The notes beneath the pieces were generated by a model. That model worked only from the letters and a program-made list of their open reading frames with translations. It was not told the origin of the DNA and did not search any database. Source: Steroidobacteraceae bacterium (lineage in GTDB: Bacteria; Pseudomonadota; Gammaproteobacteria; Steroidobacterales; Steroidobacteraceae). From it: DNA of 54,891 nucleotides. Both the position numbers and the translations under genes were made by a program. Each line of letters starts with the position of its first letter. Positions within the stretch are counted from its first letter, which is position 1. Where the stretch lies: contig DATMQL010000115.1 in the NCBI GenBank assembly GCA_035566815.1, positions 1 through 54,891 on the forward strand, in the 5' to 3' direction. Positions 1 through 7,806 of the stretch are shown here, piece by piece.

Positions 1-134
1 CGCGCGCGTGCTCGGGCCGGGCGAGGCTTATTATTTCTCCAGCCAGCTGCCACACCGCTTCCGCAATATCGGACGCGAGGTGTGTGAGATCATCAGTGCC
101 AGCACTCCACCGACTTTTTGAAGCGAATGCCTGT

Positions 135-1637
135 ATGAACGCAAAACTCAATACGACTTCTTCCTGGCACGAGCGCTCCCGCTCGCTGCGTTTCCGCACC
201 CAGGCCTTCATCGACGGACGTTATGTCGATGCCGCCTCGGGACAGACCTTCGATTGCATCAACCCCTCCAATGGAGCGGTGCTTGCCCGCGTCGCCGCTT
301 GTGACGTGGAGGATGTTAACCGCGCGGTCGCCTCGGCTCGTGCGGTCTTTCGGAAAGGCAGTTGGGCGAATCTCGCGCCCGCGAAGCGTAAGAAGATTCT
401 GCAGCGTTTCGCCGACCTCATTCAGGAGAACGGCGACGAGCTGGCACTGCTCGAGACGCTCGATATGGGAAAACCCATCAGCGACAGCCTGAGCGTCGAC
501 ATACCGGCTAGCGCGAATTGCATTCGCTGGTATGCCGAGGCGATCGACAAGGTCTACGACGAGGTTGCGCCCACGGGACGCGAAACACTCGCGTTGATTA
601 CTCGCGAGCCCATGGGTGTGGTCGGCGCGATCGTGCCTTGGAATTTCCCGCTGCTCATGGCGGCGTGGAAAATCGGTCCGGTGCTGGCTGCAGGTAACTC
701 CCTGGTGCTCAAGCCCTCGGAGAAATCGCCTCTGACGGCGATCCGGATCGCCGAGATCGCCATCGAGGCGGGTCTGCCGGCGGGCGTGTTGAATGTCGTG
801 CCGGGCTTCGGACAGACGGCCGGCAAGGCGCTCGCTCTGCACATGGACGTCGATTGCATCACCTTCACCGGCTCGACCGCGACCGGCGGCCTGGTGATGC
901 AGTACGCCGGGCAGTCGAATCTGAAGCGCGTGTCGGTGGAGTGTGGGGGTAAGTCGCCTAACATCGTCATGGCGGATTATCCCGACGTCGAGCGGGCGGC
1001 GGCCGCCGCGGCTACGGCTATCTTTTTCAACCAGGGCGAGGTGTGCTCGGCGGGCTCACGGCTGTTGGTGCACGAAAGTATCAAAGATGCCGTGCTGGAG
1101 AAGGTGCAGGCATTCAGCCGGACCATGCAGCCGGGCGATCCGCTCGATCCGGCCACGAAACTCGGCGCCATCGTGGACGAGATCCAGATGAAGCGGGTGT
1201 TGGGCTTTGTCGAGGCCGGGCGTCGCGACGGGGCGAAGCTGCGCTTCGGCGGCGAGCGTGTTCGGACGGACTCCGGCGGCTATTTCATCGAGCCGACCGT
1301 GTTCGAAGGTGTACGGCCGAATATGACGATTGCGCGGGAAGAGATCTTTGGGCCGGTGCTTTCGGCCATCACGTTCAAGACCGTCGAGGAAGCGATCGAG
1401 ATCGCCAACGACGTGATTTACGGCCTCGTCTCGGCGGTTTGGACGCGGGATATCACTGTCGCCCATCGTGTTGCGAAGGCCCTCCGCGCCGGTACGGTCT
1501 TCGTGAACTGCTATGACGCGGACGACATCACCGTGCCGTTCGGCGGCTTCAAGCAGTCGGGCATCGGGCGCGACAAGTCGCTGCATGCGTTGGAAAAGTA
1601 CACCGAGCTGAAGACGACCTGGATAGACCTGTCCTGA
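135..1637 (+). CDS. puuC: NAD-dependent aldehyde dehydrogenase, gamma-glutamyl-gamma-aminobutyraldehyde dehydrogenase-like
   Basis: ORF 84..1637 (GTG at 84; the ATG at 135 gives about 500 aa). ALDH hallmarks VLKPSEKSPLTA, ECGGKSP and the catalytic-Cys segment FNQGEVCSAGSR. Full-length resemblance to E. coli PuuC, including the C-terminal DKSLHALEKYTELKTTWI. puuB/puuD/puuA lie nearby. Confidence 0.85.
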   Translation: MNAKLNTTSSWHERSRSLRFRTQAFIDGRYVDAASGQTFDCINPSNGAVLARVAACDVEDVNRAVASARAVFRKGSWANLAPAKRKKILQRFADLIQENGDELALLETLDMGKPISDSLSVDIPASANCIRWYAEAIDKVYDEVAPTGRETLALITREPMGVVGAIVPWNFPLLMAAWKIGPVLAAGNSLVLKPSEKSPLTAIRIAEIAIEAGLPAGVLNVVPGFGQTAGKALALHMDVDCITFTGSTATGGLVMQYAGQSNLKRVSVECGGKSPNIVMADYPDVERAAAAAATAIFFNQGEVCSAGSRLLVHESIKDAVLEKVQAFSRTMQPGDPLDPATKLGAIVDEIQMKRVLGFVEAGRRDGAKLRFGGERVRTDSGGYFIEPTVFEGVRPNMTIAREEIFGPVLSAITFKTVEEAIEIANDVIYGLVSAVWTRDITVAHRVAKALRAGTVFVNCYDADDITVPFGGFKQSGIGRDKSLHALEKYTELKTTWIDLS

Positions 1638-4069
1638 GTACCGCGCCTCTGCAATTTCTGGTCAGCTCCCCGCGGGGGCTGTCGGACCTGCTGGCGCGCG
1701 AGTTGGTTGCGCTGGGCGCGACGGATGCGCGTGAGCGGTCGACGGGAGTCACGTTCTCGGCGGAACTGGAGGTCGCGTATCGGGCGTGCCTGTGGTCGCG
1801 CGTGGCGAATCGGGTATTTCTCGAGTTAGCGCGGTTTGATGCGGTCGACGCGGATGGGTTTTACACCGCTGTTCGCGAGATTGACTGGACCGAGCATCTC
1901 GGGCCGGAGGCCACGCTTGCGTGCGATTTCAGCGGGCAACATCCCGCGATCACGCATACACATTTCGGCGCGCTAAAGCTGAAGGACGCTATCGTCGACT
2001 CGGTGCGCGATTCACGCGCGTGGCGGCCGAGTGTGGAGCTCGAGCGGCCCAGTGTGCGCGTTCACGCGCATGCTCATGGGAATAGCTTTGTGGTGTCGTT
2101 GGACTTGTCTGGCGAGAGTCTGCACCGCCGGGGTTACCGGGGGGCCGCCGGAGAGGCGCCGCTGAAGGAGAATGTGGCGGCGGGCGTTTTGTTGCGGTCG
2201 GGTTGGGGGGATCTTGCGGCCGGCACTACGGAATTCCTCGATCCCATGTGTGGATCGGGGACGTTTGTGATCGAGGCGGCGCTGATTGCCTCCGATCGGG
2301 CGCCGGGGCTCGATCGGGAATACTTTGGGTTTCTGGGGTGGGCCGGGCACAACGTCGACGCTTGGGAGCGCTTGCTTGTTGAGGCGCGTGCGCGGGCGCG
2401 TGCCGGTATGGATGCTGCGGTTGCCCGGGGGCTCGAAGGGGCCATCCGCGGGCGGGATCGGGATTCGGGTGCGGTGCGGAACGCTCGTGGGAATGCTGAG
2501 CGGGCGGGGGTGCAGCGGCTGGTTAGGTTTGATGTTGGGGTGTTGGCGGATGCGGCGCCGATGGAGCGGGTGCGGGTGAAAGGCGCTTCGGCGGAGGACG
2601 CAGAGGGCGGTCTGTCGCTGCCGGCCGCGGGGGATCTGGCGCGGGCTACCGAGACCCGCCCGATGCGGTCGACCGAGGAGGCTGCGATTGAGCCGCCCAT
2701 GGCCGCGTCCCTGGCCCCTGCAGCGGCGGGCTTGCTTTGCACTAATCCCCCCTACGGGGTACGGCTCGACGATCGTGATACCGCGCGCGCGGTTCATCGC
2801 GAGTTAGGTGTCGTTCTTCGCGAGCGCTTCCAAGGTTGGAATGCCGCCGTGTTGACCGGCACGCCGGAGTTCGGTCTGGAGTTGGGCATCCGGGCCCACC
2901 GCACGCATACGGTGTGGAACGGCGCGATTGAATGCCGCTTGCTGCGCATGAAGGTAGACACCGGCAGCGCCCGCGAGCCTGGCCGGCTGGGTAAGGGCGA
3001 CACGAATCTACGTGACACTCCTGGCGCGCAGATGTTCGCGAATCGTCTCGCGAAGAATCTCAAGAAGCAGCAGGCTTGGGCGGACCGCAGCGGCGTGTCG
3101 TGTTATCGGCTGTATGACGCTGACATGCCGGAGTATGCGTTTGCTATCGATGTGTATCGGACGATTGGGGAGGCACAGGGCGAGCCGGCGAGCAATACGG
3201 CCGACGCTCGTGGGGTCGGCAGAGCGGGGTCGGTCGCAGGAGGCTCTCCGGGCGCGGGCGAATTGACCTGGCTGTACGTCCAGGAGTATGCCGCGCCGGC
3301 GGAAATCGAGCTCGAGTCTGTGCGTAAGCGCCGTGGGGAGGCTCTCTCCACACTTGCGGATGTCACCGGTGTTGCTCAAGAGCGCGTCCGCGTCCGAACA
3401 CGCCGCAAGAACAAACGAGGTGAGCAGTACAGCAAGGTGCAGGATCGCGATAACTATTACGTCGTGATGGAGGACGGTCTGAAGTTTCTCGTGAACTTCG
3501 ACGACTATCTCGACACGGGTCTGTTCCTCGATCACCGTACGACACGCGGGCGGCTTCGAGCCGCGGCCTCCGGAAAGCGATTCCTGAATCTGTTCGCCTA
3601 CACCTGTACGGCGACGGTCTACGCTGCCGCGGGCGGCGCCGTGTCGACGACGTCCGTTGATATGTCGAATACCTATCTCAATTGGGCTCAACGCAACTTT
3701 GAGCTGAACGGGCTCTCCCCGGATCGCAACGGGCTGGTGCAAGCCGATTGCCGGGTATGGCTGCAAGAGGCGAATCGGAGCCGCGAGCGGTACGACCTCA
3801 TCTTCATCGATCCTCCGACGTTCTCGAACTCGAAGCGTATGGAAGGGGTGTTCGACGTCGAGCGCGACCACCCGGAGTTCATCGACGGTTGTGTGCGCCT
3901 GCTGGCGCCGGGCGGCCTGATCGTGTTTTCGACGAATTCCCAACGGTTCCGGCTGGATGAGTCGCTGTCACAGCGTTACGACGTCCGTGACATCTCCGCC
4001 GGGACGTTACCTAAGGACTTCGAGCGTAACCCGCGCATTCACCGGTGTTTCGAAGTACGTGTAGGGTGA
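1634..4069 (+). CDS. rlmL: 23S rRNA m2G2445/m7G2069 bifunctional methyltransferase RlmL (RlmKL)
   Basis: ORF track 1703..4069 (TTG). The segment LQFLVSSPRGLSDLLARELVALGA, matching the E. coli RlmL N-terminus ([23 protein letters not shown]), lies upstream of 1703. That frame is open there but has no ATG/GTG/TTG, so I propose the CTG at 1634, which overlaps the puuC stop. NPPYG motif (LLCTNPPYG); C-terminal methylase module FLNLFAYTC...DLIFIDPPTFS. Confidence 0.85.
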   Translation: MSTAPLQFLVSSPRGLSDLLARELVALGATDARERSTGVTFSAELEVAYRACLWSRVANRVFLELARFDAVDADGFYTAVREIDWTEHLGPEATLACDFSGQHPAITHTHFGALKLKDAIVDSVRDSRAWRPSVELERPSVRVHAHAHGNSFVVSLDLSGESLHRRGYRGAAGEAPLKENVAAGVLLRSGWGDLAAGTTEFLDPMCGSGTFVIEAALIASDRAPGLDREYFGFLGWAGHNVDAWERLLVEARARARAGMDAAVARGLEGAIRGRDRDSGAVRNARGNAERAGVQRLVRFDVGVLADAAPMERVRVKGASAEDAEGGLSLPAAGDLARATETRPMRSTEEAAIEPPMAASLAPAAAGLLCTNPPYGVRLDDRDTARAVHRELGVVLRERFQGWNAAVLTGTPEFGLELGIRAHRTHTVWNGAIECRLLRMKVDTGSAREPGRLGKGDTNLRDTPGAQMFANRLAKNLKKQQAWADRSGVSCYRLYDADMPEYAFAIDVYRTIGEAQGEPASNTADARGVGRAGSVAGGSPGAGELTWLYVQEYAAPAEIELESVRKRRGEALSTLADVTGVAQERVRVRTRRKNKRGEQYSKVQDRDNYYVVMEDGLKFLVNFDDYLDTGLFLDHRTTRGRLRAAASGKRFLNLFAYTCTATVYAAAGGAVSTTSVDMSNTYLNWAQRNFELNGLSPDRNGLVQADCRVWLQEANRSRERYDLIFIDPPTFSNSKRMEGVFDVERDHPEFIDGCVRLLAPGGLIVFSTNSQRFRLDESLSQRYDVRDISAGTLPKDFERNPRIHRCFEVRVG

Positions 4070-4147
4070 TAGGCGTCACGCCCCCGGGCCTAAAAGGCGC
4101 CTCCGGCCCGCTTTACTTGCCGCCCGGCGTCAGGTAGCGTTAGGTCC

Positions 4148-4222
4148 ATGCTCAAGACCACGAAAACGCGCAAGATTATCAAGAAGCCCTGGGGTGGGGC
4201 CCTGGAGACCTTCGCGCGCTGA
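4148..4222 (+). CDS. candidate 24-codon leader peptide MLKTTKTRKIIKKPWGGALETFAR (Lys/Thr/Ile-rich) upstream of asd
   Basis: ATG at 4148, TGA at 4220-4222. Codons 3-13 are K T T K T R K I I K K. It is a local AT-rich patch in GC-rich intergenic DNA and is followed by the terminator at 4250..4288. The SD is weak (AGG only 3 nt upstream). Confidence 0.35.
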   Translation: MLKTTKTRKIIKKPWGGALETFAR

Positions 4223-4249
4223 TCGTACGTCGAGAAGCACCGAATCCAA

Positions 4250-4288
4250 GAGGCCCCGCCGGTAACCCCCGCGGGGCCTCTTCGTTTT
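4250..4288 (+). terminator. rho-independent terminator / attenuator hairpin upstream of asd
   Basis: GAGGCCCCGC (4250-4259), an 11-nt loop, GCGGGGCCTC (4271-4280), then TTCGTTTT. This gives a perfect 10-bp GC-rich stem plus a T-tract. Confidence 0.75.
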
Positions 4289-4332
4289 GGCGAATCACTA
4301 TCTTCAAGTCATGGGTTTTGGGGAGTCATAGC

Positions 4333-5364
4333 ATGCAATCTGGTCGTCCTTCCTCGTCGGCGCCCGTCGTGGCAGTCGTTGGCGCCACCGGCGCGGTCGG
4401 TGTCGAGTTAATGCAGTGCCTGGAGCAGCGGCGCTTCCCGCTGTCGAACTTGCGGCTGTTCGCGTCCGCGCGCTCCGCCGGTAAGACGCTTCCCTTCCGT
4501 GGCAAGCCGGTGACGGTGGAGGAGTTGACCGACGACAGCTTCAGCGGTGTCGACATCGCGTTGTTTTCTGCGGGTGGGAGTCAATCGAAGCGCTTCGCCC
4601 CGGCCGCCGTCCGCGCGGGCGCTGTGGTTGTCGACAACTCGTCCGCGTTTCGTATGGACCCCGGTGTGCCGCTCGTAGTGCCGGAGATCAACCCGGAAGC
4701 GGTGCGTGAGCACAAGGGCATCATCGCCAACCCCAATTGCTCGACCATTATTTCCATCACGCCGCTGTGGCCCATTCACAAGATCAACCGCATTCAGCGC
4801 ATGATCGTTGCCACGTACCAGGCTGCTTCCGGTGCCGGAGCCGCGGCGATGGAGGAGTTGCGCGAGTCGACGCGCGCCTACCTCGAAGGCCGCGAGTACA
4901 AGAACACCGTTCTGCCGCATCCGTACGCATTCAACCTCTTCAGCCACAACTCGAAGATCGATCCTTCGAACGGCTACAACGAGGAAGAAATCAAGGTGAT
5001 GCGCGAGACGCACAAGATCTACGGCGACTCGACTATCCGCGTGGCCGCCACCTGCGTTCGGGTTCCGGTACTGCGCGCTCACAGCATCGCCATCAACTTC
5101 GAGTGCGAGCGCCCCATCACCCCCGCGCAGGTGCGTGATGTCATGCAAACCGCGCCGGGTGTGAAGGTCGTGGACGATGTCGAGCGCAACTACTTCCCGA
5201 TGCCGAAGGACGCCTCCGGCCAGGATCCGATTCTCGTCGGCCGTATCCGCCAGGACGTCAGCGACCCCAGCGGCCGCTCCATCGCCTTGTTCGTCGCCGG
5301 CGACCAGCTTCTGAAGGGCGCGGCTTTGAATGCCGTGCAGATTGCGGAGTTGTTGCTGAAGTAG
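4333..5364 (+). CDS. asd: aspartate-semialdehyde dehydrogenase (short, about 343 aa type)
   Basis: ORF 4318..5364; ATG at 4333 with GGGGAG 8 nt upstream. Motifs VAVVGATGAVG (NADP fold), the active-site Cys in IANPNCSTI, and VRVPVLRAHS. Confidence 0.93.
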   Translation: MQSGRPSSSAPVVAVVGATGAVGVELMQCLEQRRFPLSNLRLFASARSAGKTLPFRGKPVTVEELTDDSFSGVDIALFSAGGSQSKRFAPAAVRAGAVVVDNSSAFRMDPGVPLVVPEINPEAVREHKGIIANPNCSTIISITPLWPIHKINRIQRMIVATYQAASGAGAAAMEELRESTRAYLEGREYKNTVLPHPYAFNLFSHNSKIDPSNGYNEEEIKVMRETHKIYGDSTIRVAATCVRVPVLRAHSIAINFECERPITPAQVRDVMQTAPGVKVVDDVERNYFPMPKDASGQDPILVGRIRQDVSDPSGRSIALFVAGDQLLKGAALNAVQIAELLLK

Positions 5365-5365
5365 C

Positions 5366-6658
5366 CTACAACAAATCTCTGAGCCTGTAATACAACATCG
5401 CGAGCGCCAGGGCCGGGCGGCGCAAGGCGGTGCCGGGAAAGCTGCGGTGGGGGATTTTCGCGAATACGTCGAAGCGCTCGGCGGTGCCGGCGATGGCTTG
5501 GGCGACGAGCTTGCCGGCGATGCCGGTAAGGGCGATGCCGTGGCCTGAGAATCCCTGCAGGAAATAGATGTTGGACGCGAGCCTGCCGAAGTTCGGGGCG
5601 CGGTTCAGCGTGGCGTCCACGTATCCGCCCCATGAATAGTCGATTCGGGCGTCCGCGAGTTGCGGAAAGACCCGCAACATGCGCTCACGTGTGGCCGCCA
5701 TCGCATCGAACGAGCCGAAGCCTGAATGGCTGACCCGGCCACCGAACAACAGCCGGTGATCCGCGGAGCAGCGGTAGTAATCCAGCACCCAGTTCATGTC
5801 GCAGACGGCGGCGTTGTTGGCGATGAGCTCGCGCGCCCGTTGCGCTCCGAGCGGCTCCGTCGCGACGATGTGCGATCCGATCGGTATGATTTTGGTGGCG
5901 AGGGCGGGGGCCGTGTCGCCGAGGTATACATTGCCGCACAGAACCAGGTCGTGCGCGCGAACCTCGCCACGCGGAGTTCGAATCCGCACGGTGGCACCGC
6001 TCGTGCCACTAGCCTGTCTGAACCCCAGCGCCCGGGTCCCTTCGAAGATCATTACGCCATTGCTTGCCGCGGCTGCTGCCAACCCGAGTGTGTAGTTGAG
6101 CGGATGCAGATGCCCGCTGTACGAGTCGTAGAGGGCGCCGACATAACGCGACGTACCGAGAATCGAGCGCAGCTCATCTCGAGGCACATAACGGACGCTC
6201 GTGTATCCGAGTTTGTTTTGCAGTTGGTCGAGCTCGGTGTGCAACTCATGCAGATGTCGCTGTTTCACCGCCGTCATCAGGTAGCCATCCGTCCAGTCGC
6301 AGTCGATCCGGTGCCGGCTGATGAGCTCTCTCATCAGTGCGAGCCCTTCGACGGAAACGTCCCACACGGTGCGGGCCGCGGCCGCTCCAATGAGACGCTC
6401 GAGTTTTGTTTGGCCGGATGCGACGCCGTGGATCGCCTGGGCACCGCTGCGTCCGGAGGCACCCCAGCCCACGCGGTATTCGTCGAGAAGTACGACCTTG
6501 TAGCCGCGTTCGGCGAGATGGAGGGCCGCAGAGCAGCCTGCGATGCCTCCGCCGACCACACAGACATCACAGTCGACAGAACTCTCGAGCTCCGCACGGT
6601 CAGGTGCCGCGTGAGCCGAAGCCGCGTAGTACGACTTGATGCGCACAGGACGTGCCAC
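5366..6658 (-). CDS. puuB: FAD-dependent oxidoreductase, gamma-glutamylputrescine oxidase-like
   Basis: ORF 5366..6724. KSYYAAS...DCDVCVVGGGIAGCSAALHLAERG aligns with the E. coli PuuB N-terminus (SSYYAAS...CDVCVVGGGYTG), so a GTG start at 6658 or 6646 is more likely than 6724. Confidence 0.8.
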   Translation of the reverse strand: MARPVRIKSYYAASAHAAPDRAELESSVDCDVCVVGGGIAGCSAALHLAERGYKVVLLDEYRVGWGASGRSGAQAIHGVASGQTKLERLIGAAAARTVWDVSVEGLALMRELISRHRIDCDWTDGYLMTAVKQRHLHELHTELDQLQNKLGYTSVRYVPRDELRSILGTSRYVGALYDSYSGHLHPLNYTLGLAAAAASNGVMIFEGTRALGFRQASGTSGATVRIRTPRGEVRAHDLVLCGNVYLGDTAPALATKIIPIGSHIVATEPLGAQRARELIANNAAVCDMNWVLDYYRCSADHRLLFGGRVSHSGFGSFDAMAATRERMLRVFPQLADARIDYSWGGYVDATLNRAPNFGRLASNIYFLQGFSGHGIALTGIAGKLVAQAIAGTAERFDVFAKIPHRSFPGTALRRPALALAMLYYRLRDLL

Positions 6659-6679
6659 GGGCTTTAGTCCCGGGTTTAG

Positions 6680-6698
6680 GTGTTTAGGATATTTTGAC
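6680..6698. promoter_or_regulatory. AT-rich operator-like box GTGTTTAGGATATTTTGAC upstream of puuB
   Basis: Its reverse complement, GTCAAAATATCCTAAACAC, is nearly identical to the box at 6906..6923 apart from a 2-nt indel. It sits about 20-35 nt upstream of the likely puuB start. Confidence 0.45.
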
Positions 6699-6905
6699 GC
6701 GGGCGGAGGCGAAAGCGCCAGCACCGGAATCGCGAGCCGCGCACGGGGCGGCGAAATGGGCCCGTTCCGGCGCCTGTAGCCCGGCCGCCACCCCTGGACA
6801 GCCCCTGCGGCCGCAGGCTCGAGGGGCGCCGAGCGTGTCGGGCAGATTCCGACCTGCGCCTGTGGTCTAATAGGGGCTGAATTGGAGAATTCGCTGGGCA
6901 GGGTT

Positions 6906-6923
6906 GTTTAAAATACTAAACAC
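6906..6923. promoter_or_regulatory. AT-rich operator-like box GTTTAAAATACTAAACAC upstream of puuD
   Basis: Inverted partner of the box at 6680..6698. It ends 17 nt upstream of the puuD ATG (6940). Confidence 0.45.
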
Positions 6924-6939
6924 TTCCCGGCAGCTCGTC

Positions 6940-7731
6940 ATGGCATCCGCTCGCCCACTCATTGGAATTCCCGCCGACCGCCGCATGGTCGGTCAGCACC
7001 CGTTTCACATGGTCGGGGAGAAATACGCCTGCGCCGTGCTCGAGGCGTCTGACGCGCTACCCTTACTGATTCCGTCACTGGGCGAGGAGCTTCGTCTCGA
7101 CGAACTGCTGCAGCGACTGGACGGCATCCTTTTTACGGGAAGCGTCTCGAACGTCGAGCCGCACCACTACGACGGCACGCCGAGCGCGCCCGGGACTCTG
7201 CACGACCCCGAGCGTGACGCTACGACGTTGCCTCTCATTCGTAAGGCTGTCCGGGCGGGAGTCCCCGTGCTGGGCGTCTGCCGGGGCTTCCAGGAAATGA
7301 ACGTCGCGTTCGGGGGCACCCTGCACCAGAAAGTGCACGAGGTGCCAGGCCTAAGCGACCATCGCGAGGATACGACGCTGCCTCTCGACGTCCAGTATGG
7401 CCCCGCCCACGAGGTGATCCTCGAGCAGGGTGGGCTTCTACTGGATATAGCCAGCGGCAGTGAACGAATCCAGGTCAATTCTCTGCACTCCCAGGGGATC
7501 GCGCGACTCGGCCCGAGTCTTGTCGTCGAAGCGCGATCGGCGACGGACGGCCTGATCGAGGCTTTCCAGGTGCGCGACGCGCAGCGCTTCGCGGTCGCCG
7601 TGCAATGGCATCCCGAATGGAAAGTCATGAGTAATCCGTTTTCCCGTGCGCTCTTCGCCGCCTTCGGCGCGGCGAGCCGCGAGCATGCTGAGGCGAAGGT
7701 TTCTTCTTCTTCCGGCGCGCAGCGCCGCTAA
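6940..7731 (+). CDS. puuD: gamma-glutamyl-gamma-aminobutyrate hydrolase (class I glutamine amidotransferase, peptidase C26)
   Basis: ORF 6904..7731 (TTG); an ATG at 6940 is likelier. Nucleophile elbow GVCRGFQEMNVAFGG and catalytic His in VQWHPEW. Confidence 0.85.
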   Translation: MASARPLIGIPADRRMVGQHPFHMVGEKYACAVLEASDALPLLIPSLGEELRLDELLQRLDGILFTGSVSNVEPHHYDGTPSAPGTLHDPERDATTLPLIRKAVRAGVPVLGVCRGFQEMNVAFGGTLHQKVHEVPGLSDHREDTTLPLDVQYGPAHEVILEQGGLLLDIASGSERIQVNSLHSQGIARLGPSLVVEARSATDGLIEAFQVRDAQRFAVAVQWHPEWKVMSNPFSRALFAAFGAASREHAEAKVSSSSGAQRR

Positions 7732-7806
7732 TGTAGCGGGTCGCTTCGACCCGCAGGACAGTCGGGCGAAGCCCTGGGACCAGTGGGCGCAGCCCTAGAG
7801 AGAATT

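Noticed and set aside
4070-4250. SRP/4.5S RNA or another known small RNA between rlmL and asd.
   Set aside because: No conserved SRP domain IV motif (GGAAGCAGCC-type) or other recognisable RNA family signature is present. The mini-ORF plus terminator interpretation fits better.
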